Positions 8,257 to 15,302 of a stretch of 64,000 nt of DNA are shown here, piece after piece; position 1 is the stretch's first letter, and each line of letters begins with the position of its first letter. Under the pieces are notes generated by a model that saw only the letters and a list, made by a program, of their open reading frames with translations, was not told the DNA's origin and did no database searches. Both the position numbers and the translations under genes were made by a program. The stretch spans positions 329 through 64,328 of the forward strand of contig JBIOVI010000063.1 in the NCBI GenBank assembly GCA_044867645.1, written 5' to 3'. Source of the stretch: Solirubrobacterales bacterium. Lineage in GTDB: Bacteria > Actinomycetota > Thermoleophilia > Solirubrobacterales > 70-9.

Positions 8257-9110
8257 TACGTCTTGTCACCGGTCCGCTCGGGACCGGCAAGAGCTACTAC
8301 GGCACCAGGAAGGCGGCTCAGGCCATCCGAGAAGGCAAGATGGTCGCGACCAACTTCGATCTCGTGCCCGACTGGATTGACCAGGTCGTTCGCCATGGTC
8401 GTCTCAGGAAGAACAGTCGCAAGGTCAACGCTCGCGCGGACCGGTTTTCGAGGAGGTACATCCGCATCGAGACGATGCAGGAACTGATGCAGCTTCGGGT
8501 TCGCCCGGAGCCTCCTTGGGCGAAGGAGATTGAACCTGGCAAGTGGCAATTGCGGGAAGGCGTTCTCGTCGTGATCCTCGATGAGGCGCACCGCTGGATG
8601 AATGCTCGTAGTTGGTCCCGAGAGGGCCGCGAAGAATTGCTCGAATTCTTCGCACTGGCACGGAAGATGGGGATGGAGGTTTACCTGATCGCTCAGCGGG
8701 CCGAGAACCTCGACGTCCAGGTGCGCGAGCTGTTCGAGGACCACATCAAGCTCACCAACCTTCGCCGATCAGCGCGACTCATGGGGATTCCCGTGATCCC
8801 GTTCAACTATTTCATTGCGGGCTGGCGCAACCACGCCTACCCAGACGAGGTCGTGAAGACCGAGCGCTACAGACTCGGCTGGGAGAAGAGGCTCTACGAC
8901 ACGATGGACACCGTCAGCTTCACGGAGGGCTCGAAGGGCGGTGGCGGCCTGTACCTGCCGCGAGACGAGTCCGACGCCCTGATCGGAGATGCAGCGGCGG
9001 ACGGCGCGTCAGCGCCGTCGCCCCTCGCCCCGCCGGCCGCCGGCGGATCGGTCGCGGATGACGCTGCCGACCCGGGCGAGAGGCCGTCGGTCCCAGACCC
9101 AGCGTTGTGA
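8253..9110 (+). CDS. pI / Zot-family P-loop assembly ATPase, 285 aa
   Basis: Walker A VTGPLGTGKS at residues 6-15 and Walker B VVILDEAH. The stretch DEAHRWMNARSW..ELLEFFALARKMGMEVYLIAQ is collinear with M13 pI as I recall it. No TM helix in this ORF. Confidence 0.85.
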   Translation: MIRLVTGPLGTGKSYYGTRKAAQAIREGKMVATNFDLVPDWIDQVVRHGRLRKNSRKVNARADRFSRRYIRIETMQELMQLRVRPEPPWAKEIEPGKWQLREGVLVVILDEAHRWMNARSWSREGREELLEFFALARKMGMEVYLIAQRAENLDVQVRELFEDHIKLTNLRRSARLMGIPVIPFNYFIAGWRNHAYPDEVVKTERYRLGWEKRLYDTMDTVSFTEGSKGGGGLYLPRDESDALIGDAAADGASAPSPLAPPAAGGSVADDAADPGERPSVPDPAL

Positions 9111-9217
9111 CATCCCAGGATAATGGTGACCAAGAAAGTCAACAAATGCGGTGGAGGAGCAGGGTCCTCTAACAGCCCATCTGGTCTCAAATATGAGACA
9201 GGGCTAGGGAAGACTTT

Positions 9218-10183
9218 GTGATCGACGCGGCGGGGGTGGATACCTGGTCGGTCTGCTGGTACTTGCCGGAGGAAGGCCCGGCGCATCGAGCAATGGAGGC
9301 AATGGCGACCGAGCGCGCAGCACGCAGCTTTCTTCTCCCAGAACCGGTCGAGGGGCATCGTGTCGGCTGGTTCCCTGGGAGCAGGATGATGTTCGCCGAG
9401 GGGCATCCGATACCCGGAGCTTTGGCGCCAGCTGTGGGTCTGCCGGCAGCACTGAATCGCCTTACACATGCTCTCGCTGATCGCGGCCTTCAAGTGCCCG
9501 ATCAGGAGTGCCGTTTTGGCTGGAGCAAGGGCCTCCATGGTGTTCGGCGTCTCGACGCCACTGTTGATCTGCGGTTCGATTCTCCAGCCGAGGGCCTCGC
9601 GGCGCTGGCAGGGGTGGCAGCCCTGCCGCTTCCGCGAATGAAAACGCAGGTAATGCGAGAGGTTGGCGGTCGGCGCGTCGAGACGGTCTATTTCCGAGGA
9701 ACGAGCGGTAAGAGGGTGCTCGGTAGGTGGTATGACAAGGGCATCGAGAGCGGCGACGCTGTGCGAGGCCTGCATGTTCGGCCTGAGGATCAGCGTCGCT
9801 TCTCTAAAGACACGAGACCAACGGTCGAGGAGGTTGCATCTACGACTTATGTTCGGGATGCTTTCGTGCGAAGATTCGAACCACTCTGGCGAGCGGCAAA
9901 GGGGGTCAAGGTGGGTGGCGTGGTCGAGTTAGCGCACCGGTTGGCGGAGCTTCAAGATGACGGCGTGATAACGGCGGCGGAAGCTAAGCGGATCGCCGGG
10001 CATCTTGTTCTTGATTCGATCGACGCACATCGCCAGTCACGCTCGCAGTGCTACAAGGACAGGGCGGCGGCGCGCCGTCATGGGCTCGTCCTTGCAGATG
10101 GCGTGCTGGACGAGGTCGAGGTTGATCTAGGGGATGTGCTTGAGCATGCGCTTGATTCAGATCTCTGGGGCTGTCAGGGCTAA
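9218..10183 (+). CDS. rolling-circle replication initiator, Rep_trans (RstA/pT181 RepC-like) family
   Basis: 321 aa with GTG start. Motifs resemble the family signatures: VRRLDATVDL (R-hDhxhD) and RVLGRWYDKGIE (hYDK, catalytic Tyr region). Confidence 0.7.
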   Translation: MIDAAGVDTWSVCWYLPEEGPAHRAMEAMATERAARSFLLPEPVEGHRVGWFPGSRMMFAEGHPIPGALAPAVGLPAALNRLTHALADRGLQVPDQECRFGWSKGLHGVRRLDATVDLRFDSPAEGLAALAGVAALPLPRMKTQVMREVGGRRVETVYFRGTSGKRVLGRWYDKGIESGDAVRGLHVRPEDQRRFSKDTRPTVEEVASTTYVRDAFVRRFEPLWRAAKGVKVGGVVELAHRLAELQDDGVITAAEAKRIAGHLVLDSIDAHRQSRSQCYKDRAAARRHGLVLADGVLDEVEVDLGDVLEHALDSDLWGCQG

Positions 10184-10278
10184 CTTGAGTTAGCTGACCT
10201 TTCGGGGCTTCCTTTGCTCCACGGGATTTAGCGTAAAGGTGGGGGGGTGGCTCTAGGGTTCTGAGGCCGGCCCCCTGT

Positions 10279-10312
10279 CCCTCAGCGAGGCACCTCTCAT
10301 ACTCGCTGAGGG
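10279..10312 (+). promoter_or_regulatory. stem-loop (11-bp perfect stem CCCTCAGCGAG / CTCGCTGAGGG, 12-nt loop) in the prophage intergenic region
   Basis: Read directly from the sequence. It lies 96 nt after the rep stop. Candidate origin or packaging hairpin. Confidence 0.5.
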
Positions 10313-10324
10313 GTACCGGCACAA

Positions 10325-10368
10325 GGGCGCGGGCGGTTTCCGATACGGCCGCCCGCGCCCACTTTTTT
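10325..10368 (+). terminator. rho-independent terminator-like hairpin (12-bp GC stem + T6)
   Basis: GGGCGCGGGCGG - 12 nt - CCGCCCGCGCCC followed by ACTTTTTTG. Downstream of the morphogenesis and rep genes. Confidence 0.65.
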
Positions 10369-10709
10369 GTCAGCCGGACTTCATGATCTGGAGCATTGGA
10401 ACGACACGTTTCGTCTGGAGCATGCCCATGGCGATCACCTCCTCCCATTAATTCGCTCAAGCTGCCGCCCTGCTCGGCAGGTGCGGCGCCAGGTGCTCGT
10501 GAACAATGCTCCAAAGCGCTTTGACCGGTCAGTTCCAAATGCCGCAAAATGCGAGGAACTCACTCAGTATTTGGTTAACTACTCGGCGTTTCAGCATCCA
10601 ATCCGTTTATTGAGGAGGCCGCCGTGGTTCCTAAAAAAAGGGCAAGGCGAGGAAGGTCCGGGGTCAAGGGCGGCCGGAGAATGAAGCGAGTGCCCGGGGA
10701 GGCCCTAAG

Positions 10710-11420
10710 TTGAGTCAACGCGGAGAGACGAAGAAGGCGAGGGATCGGGCAGAGGGTCTTATTGACCCGAACTTGAATGTGGTCGTTAAAGATCCGCTGC
10801 GAGTCCAGATTCTGGCTATCGCGATCCAACGCTCAATCAGTCCCAGCGAATTTTCTAGAGAGTCGGGTTGCCCCTTAAACACGACTTCCTACCACTTCAA
10901 GGTCCTTCTGAAGCATGGCTTTATTGAGCTTGTGGACCACGTGCAAGTTCGCGGGGCGACTAAGCACATGTACCGGGCCACCAAAAGCGGCTTTATTAGC
11001 GATAAGGACTGGGGCCAGGTCGCACAGGCTGTTCGACCTGGCATTGCCGGAGCAATCTTGCAGGACTTCAATGCACGTGTTGTCCAATCGATGGAGAGCG
11101 GCTCCTTTTACTCACGAGATGACGCCTGCATGTTTTGGATGCCGCTCGCCCTTGACGAGCATACGTGGCCGAAGTTTGTAGAGATGCTGTCTTGGGCAAT
11201 CGCGGAAGCCAAAGAGTTCGAGGTTGAGACGGTAAAACGCCGAGCCGATGGGAAGGAGGACTCCTGCATTCCCGTGACTTTCGCCATTGCTGGTTTCGAG
11301 TCGCCTACTGCGGCAGAAGTCAAGGCCAAAGGCAAGTCGAAGGCCAAGCGGAAGCGATCCCGTGCCACAAGGAAGGATAATCGTGAGGGTCGGCGTAGGC
11401 AGAAACCAGGCCGGACGTGA
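10710..11420 (+). CDS. ArsR-family winged-HTH regulator with long C-terminal extension and basic tail, 236 aa
   Basis: TTG start 7 nt after GGGGAGG. HTH_20-like segment LRVQILAIAIQRSISPSEFSRESGCPLNTTSYHFKVLLKHGFIELV. Lys/Arg-rich C-terminus. Confidence 0.7.
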   Translation: MSQRGETKKARDRAEGLIDPNLNVVVKDPLRVQILAIAIQRSISPSEFSRESGCPLNTTSYHFKVLLKHGFIELVDHVQVRGATKHMYRATKSGFISDKDWGQVAQAVRPGIAGAILQDFNARVVQSMESGSFYSRDDACMFWMPLALDEHTWPKFVEMLSWAIAEAKEFEVETVKRRADGKEDSCIPVTFAIAGFESPTAAEVKAKGKSKAKRKRSRATRKDNREGRRRQKPGRT

Positions 11421-11686
11421 GTTCGCTCCGATCAGTCATTCGTCACGATGTTCGCCTGGATATCCTTTCCTGCCTTCTGGCCGGGGAGCCTTTGAAAATC
11501 GCTGATTTGAGCGACAGGCTTAGTTGCTCCCAGCGAGTCGTCACCCATCACGTCAGGGTCCTCAGCGTGGCGGGGCTTTTGGCCCGAACCTTTGCCCGTA
11601 GGGGACAGAAACCGACCTACGTAACTTGTCTCGATGGGCACCCCGATTGGATCTCACGAGCCATTAGGGATCGTCGCTCCCGCTGA
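11417..11686 (+). CDS. small ArsR-family winged-HTH regulator, 89 aa
   Basis: GTG overlaps the upstream TGA (GTGA). HTH segment VRLDILSCLLAGEPLKIADLSDRLSCSQRVVTHHVRVLSVAGLL. Confidence 0.65.
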   Translation: MSSLRSVIRHDVRLDILSCLLAGEPLKIADLSDRLSCSQRVVTHHVRVLSVAGLLARTFARRGQKPTYVTCLDGHPDWISRAIRDRRSR

Positions 11687-11864
11687 GAGGATTTGTCTAC
11701 ACTGCATTTGACTCATGGGCATTGAGATCATCGCCGTTCGCTACGGCTGCGACTGGATCGAAAGGAGTCAAGGTGGCGGGAGCAATTGAGTTGGCCGTCT
11801 TTTTGGTCGTCGTCGGCTGCGTCGTTCTTGGCGTTGTTCAAGCTGCTTCTCTCGGCTGAGTCGC

Positions 11865-12182
11865 TTGTCCTTCGAGGTCGTCGCTGTTCGCTGGTCGTGC
11901 TGGGCCTGCGAGGCCACAGCCATTACCGCTCCGGGGCAATTGCCGGATGGCTGGTTCGAGTGGCCAGCGCCGCCGTGGCGGGCTCATCACCAGTCGCGCC
12001 ACGCTTGCCCGGATCACTCAGCCGACGCTCGGCAGATTCACCATCGGCAGTGGTCAGCGCAGCTAGGCCGTACGCATGCTGTCTCGGTCCAGGAGTACGA
12101 GGCTGCAAAGGTTGCATTGCAGCACGCAACCTTTCTGCTAGATCGCCTCAAGTTCAGCGGCGGGCGAACCGGTGACGGGTAA
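11865..12182 (+). CDS. hypothetical Cys/His/Trp-rich protein, 105 aa
   Basis: TTG-start ORF. CWAC ... HACPDH spacing hints at metal binding. A competing frame (11786-12175) looks less protein-like. Confidence 0.35.
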   Translation: MSFEVVAVRWSCWACEATAITAPGQLPDGWFEWPAPPWRAHHQSRHACPDHSADARQIHHRQWSAQLGRTHAVSVQEYEAAKVALQHATFLLDRLKFSGGRTGDG

Positions 12183-12326
12183 GCGTGAATCAGACCGTAG
12201 CCACCGGCTCGCCCGCCGCTGTGGTGGCTATTGTCGTCTCGCGGTCGGCGTGAACTCGGCCTTCGAAGCAGGAAGCCCTAATTTTCGGTAGGTCAGGCGT
12301 GGACTTTTAGGCCGAAATCTCCTGAC

Positions 12327-12346
12327 AACGCACGATAATGGCGGTT
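12327..12346. repeat. right copy of 20-bp direct repeat AACGCACGATAATGGCGGTT (attR-like)
   Basis: Exact match to 4278-4297. Confidence 0.9.
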
Positions 12347-12355
12347 ATGTGAACT
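12328..12355. other. dif-like 28-bp Xer recombination site ACGCACGATAA-TGGCGG-TTATGTGAACT
   Basis: 11-6-11 layout with inner ATAA / TTAT half-palindrome. The right arm matches the E. coli dif XerD arm TTATGTTAAAT at 9/11 positions. The left arm plus spacer lie within the 20-bp repeat. Confidence 0.55.
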
Positions 12356-13098
12356 CAGCCAATTCCGAGGACGCGGATGCGGGCGCTGTCGACCCTCGAC
12401 CCCGGTGCGCAGTTGTACGAGGTGAGACTCACGGTCAGGGTCTGCTCGGTCGGACTCTCGAAATTGATCCTCGGTTCTCCGCCGATGCCGGTCTTGACTG
12501 ACTCCGGGGCGCTCGACCCGGACTCCAACCAAGCGCCGCCGGCCTGCTGGCCGTTCACGTAGAGATGGACCTCGACACCGCAGTTCCCGTTCTGGCCCGC
12601 CTGAAGCGTCGCCTCGATCTGGCCAAAGACGACGTCGAACTCGCCGGCACGCGCCACCCAGGCGCCGCCTTGCAGCGGATAAGGCTCGCCCGTCGCGCCC
12701 TCGACACTCGCGGAGCCGCCGCTAGCGCCGGCGACAAATCCAACCGGTTCCTTCATATCCGCGGGCTCGATCGATTTGTCCTCGATCTGGCCGCCACCCA
12801 CGGCACCATCTCCGATCTGAGCACGACCGACCGCACCGGGAGCGATCTTGCCGCGAATGACGGCGCCCTCGGCGATTTGATCGCTCCCGACGGCACCGGG
12901 AGCGAGTTTGCCCCGTTTGACAGCCCCGGGGGCGATTTTCCCGGCCTTCACCGCCCGCGCGGCGATGTTGCCGCTGCGAACCTTGAGCTGGTTCGCGGCG
13001 TAGACGCTGCCGGACAGGGCGAAAAACAGCGCGAGCGTGGCGACCACGTTTGCGTAAGTCAGCTTGGATCGAAGTCGCATTGAAGTTCTCCAGTTCAT
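12355..13098 (-). CDS. secreted repeat protein (degenerate G-K-I-A-P-G-A-V repeats + C-terminal beta-rich domain)
   Basis: 247 aa. Signal-like N-terminus LTYANVVATLALFFALSGSVYA. About 7 degenerate repeats (GKIAPGAVKR, GKLAPGAVGS, IAEGAVIR ...). Confidence 0.65.
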   Translation of the reverse strand: MNWRTSMRLRSKLTYANVVATLALFFALSGSVYAANQLKVRSGNIAARAVKAGKIAPGAVKRGKLAPGAVGSDQIAEGAVIRGKIAPGAVGRAQIGDGAVGGGQIEDKSIEPADMKEPVGFVAGASGGSASVEGATGEPYPLQGGAWVARAGEFDVVFGQIEATLQAGQNGNCGVEVHLYVNGQQAGGAWLESGSSAPESVKTGIGGEPRINFESPTEQTLTVSLTSYNCAPGSRVDSARIRVLGIG

Positions 13099-13240
13099 GG
13101 CGCGTAGCCCGGCTCGCCGGGGCCGCTTCTAGTGGCGGCGGCCCCCTCGCTTCGGCATCGAACGCTCGCCGGGGTAACCGATTCGTTGCAACTACCAAGT
13201 AATGGCTGGCGATTCGGCCGTCGCGCTTGAACTTTGGCGC

Positions 13241-14005
13241 TCAACCCGCTTCGTCGATCGCCGATTCGATCTCACCAGCGGAGCCCGGAGTTCCGATCGT
13301 CTTCAGACCGGCGGTGCCCGGGCCTTCGACCGCGAAGGACGGCGTGCCGCTGAAGCCGAGCTCCTGCGCTTCGGCGGTCGTCCGATTCACCTCGGCGAGC
13401 ACGGGCTTGCTCTTGCGGTCGGTGTTCCACTGGGCGATGTCGGGTACGCCGGCACCTCTGGCGATTTCGGTTAGGAAGGCATCGTTGACGTAACCCGAGG
13501 CCTCGGCGCCCTGGTTGCGGTAGAAGAGCTCGACGAAGCTCCAGCCGCGTCCCTGCCTGCCGGCGGCGATCGCCGCCGCCCCGGCGGGGGTCGATTCCTC
13601 GCTGATGATCGTGTAGTTGCGAAAGTCGATCGTCGCTTCGCCGCTGCGCACCTTGGAGTCGATCACGTCGGGGAGAATTTCTTCCGCGAACCCTTTGCAG
13701 ACCGGGCACTGGAGGTCGCCGAACTCGACCAGCGTCACCTGTGCCGCCGGCTTCCCGAGCACCATCCCCTTCTGCGGAATCCCCTTCAGTTCGGTGCCGA
13801 CAACGCCCGTGTCCTCGAGCTTGGTGTCGCCACCGCTGCCCTGGTTCTGGCTGATCACGATCAGGACGGCGACCGCGGCGACCGCCAGGAAGGCGGCGGC
13901 GCTGCCGAGCTGTATCAGCCGCTGCCGCCGCTCCTTCCCCTCGATCTCGCCTTCCTCGCGCAGCCGCGCCTCGCGGCGCTCCTCCCTTGCACTCCTCCCA
14001 CTCAC
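13241..14005 (-). CDS. DsbA-family thiol:disulfide oxidoreductase (membrane-anchored)
   Basis: Thioredoxin-fold CPVC active site (FGDLQCPVCKGF). Charged N-terminus plus a TM helix. GTG start chosen at the GTGA overlap with the VKOR stop. Confidence 0.75.
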   Translation of the reverse strand: MSGRSAREERREARLREEGEIEGKERRQRLIQLGSAAAFLAVAAVAVLIVISQNQGSGGDTKLEDTGVVGTELKGIPQKGMVLGKPAAQVTLVEFGDLQCPVCKGFAEEILPDVIDSKVRSGEATIDFRNYTIISEESTPAGAAAIAAGRQGRGWSFVELFYRNQGAEASGYVNDAFLTEIARGAGVPDIAQWNTDRKSKPVLAEVNRTTAEAQELGFSGTPSFAVEGPGTAGLKTIGTPGSAGEIESAIDEAG

Positions 14006-14433
14006 GCCGGCCTGCCGACGTAGCCGACCATTCGCACGGCGTTGAGCCCGAACAGGATGGTCATCAGCACGGCGCTCGCCACGCACCACTGGCAGATCGC
14101 TTCGATCTTGAACAGCTCCAGGTAGGTCAGGTAGACGCTGAAGCCAAAGCCGGCCAGCGAGAGCCCGAAGCCCGCCATGCGGGCGCCGTCACCGCGCAGC
14201 AGTGCCGCGACCAGCAACAGCACGTAGCCGGCGATCCCGAAGACGGCGACGTCGATGCCGAGCAGATGCGAGTAGGTGCTGTTGGCGACGGTCTCGCAGC
14301 CGCTTCCTCCCGCCAGGCAGACAGGAGAGCCTCCACCGGAGTCGGCGATCGCGATGTAGGCGGCAACGCCGATGCCGAAGGCCGCGACAAAGGTCGCGAA
14401 CGTTCGCAGCGTCCCCTCGGCCGGCGCTCTCAT
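14002..14433 (-). CDS. vitamin K epoxide reductase (VKOR) family protein
   Basis: 143 aa with 4 TM segments. Loop cysteines SPVCLAGGSGC and the TM CxxC motif (CQWC). Adjacent to the DsbA-like gene. Confidence 0.75.
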   Translation of the reverse strand: MRAPAEGTLRTFATFVAAFGIGVAAYIAIADSGGGSPVCLAGGSGCETVANSTYSHLLGIDVAVFGIAGYVLLLVAALLRGDGARMAGFGLSLAGFGFSVYLTYLELFKIEAICQWCVASAVLMTILFGLNAVRMVGYVGRPA

Positions 14434-14468
14434 CGATCCGAAAGCTATTCGACCACTCTTGGCAGTGG

Positions 14469-15302
14469 CTAAATCTCTAGCTCGGCGCTGAAATCGGCGA
14501 TCTCGCGGGAGAGCCTGCCGCCCTGCCAGGCCAGCGGCGACCCCCCCTCCCGCTCGCTCGTCAGGCGGGCCTCCGGCAGGCGCGCGGCGTAGGCCTCGGC
14601 AACCTGGCGCGGATGCCCCGGGTCGGCGGCATCGTTGCTGGCAACGACCAACGAAGGTACCCGCAGCGATTCCAGCACCTCCAACCCGCCGAAGGGCCGC
14701 GACCGCGGCACCTGCCGCAACGGTTCGACCAGCGCCTCGGGGTGCCGGTGCTGGAGCATCCGCTCGCGGGTGAAGCGCAACACCGAGTCCCGCCAGGCGG
14801 GGTCGGTTTCCTGGTTGCGGTCGATGTAGTCGACGAAGCCGTCGACCCCTCCCTCCTCTAGGGCCGCGGCGAGACCATCCCAGTAGGTGAGCGCGTCAGC
14901 GGTTATCTCGCTCATGTAAGTCGGGCCAATGACGACCAGGCCAGCGAGGCGCTCGGGATGCCGCAGCGCGTAAGCGACGGCCGTGTGTGCCCCCATCGAG
15001 TGGCCCGCAAGCACAAATGGTTCTTCCCCCACCGTCGCTGTGACGACAGCCTCGAGGTCGGCGACCAGCTCTGGGTATCCATAACCCTGACCGTCCGGGG
15101 CAGGGTCGGACTCCCCGTGCGCGCGAGCGTCGTAAGAGATGACGTTGTGGCCGGCGCGCTCCAGGGCCCGCGAGCCGTGGACCACGTAGCGGCGGGTCGC
15201 GGTGATCCCATGGCAGAGGACGATCGGCCGGCCCTCCCCCGCCACCTCGCCGCGGATCGCCGGCCGCTCGCCGGCGGTGAACGTCCGCGGTTCGCCAGGC
15301 AT
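14469..15302 (-). CDS. alpha/beta hydrolase
   Basis: Nucleophile elbow GHSMGAH and HG oxyanion motif LCHGITA. ATG chosen at the ATGA overlap with the upstream stop. Confidence 0.75.
   Translation of the reverse strand: MPGEPRTFTAGERPAIRGEVAGEGRPIVLCHGITATRRYVVHGSRALERAGHNVISYDARAHGESDPAPDGQGYGYPELVADLEAVVTATVGEEPFVLAGHSMGAHTAVAYALRHPERLAGLVVIGPTYMSEITADALTYWDGLAAALEEGGVDGFVDYIDRNQETDPAWRDSVLRFTRERMLQHRHPEALVEPLRQVPRSRPFGGLEVLESLRVPSLVVASNDAADPGHPRQVAEAYAARLPEARLTSEREGGSPLAWQGGRLSREIADFSAELEI

Larger units (their letters stand above)
4278..12355 (+). mobile_element. integrase-less filamentous (inovirus-like) prophage / putative Xer-dependent IMEX
   Basis: Flanked by an exact 20-bp direct repeat. 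Lower GC than the flanks and all genes on the plus strand. Gene order is coat - adsorption - pVI-like - pI/Zot - Rep_trans - hairpin intergenic region - regulators. No integrase, secretin or lysis genes. Confidence 0.75.

Noticed and set aside
9113-9135. AGGATAATGGTGACC between the Zot-like and rep genes, which resembles the core of the att repeat (CGATAATGGCGG). It was considered as a possible second attP-like site, as in CTXphi.
   Set aside because: Only about 8 contiguous nt match, there is no 11-6-11 architecture, and it is not in inverted orientation to another site. This is within chance expectation.
9984-10684. ORFs 9984-10547(-) and 10367-10684(+) spanning the prophage intergenic region.
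   Set aside because: They run through the two hairpins and into the rep 3' end. They have poor composition and no SD, so the region is treated as non-coding apart from the micro-ORFs noted.
11786-12175. 129-aa ORF in an alternative frame at the prophage right end.
   Set aside because: It is Ser/Arg/Ala-rich and low-complexity. The overlapping 11865-12182 frame looks more protein-like, although neither frame is certain.
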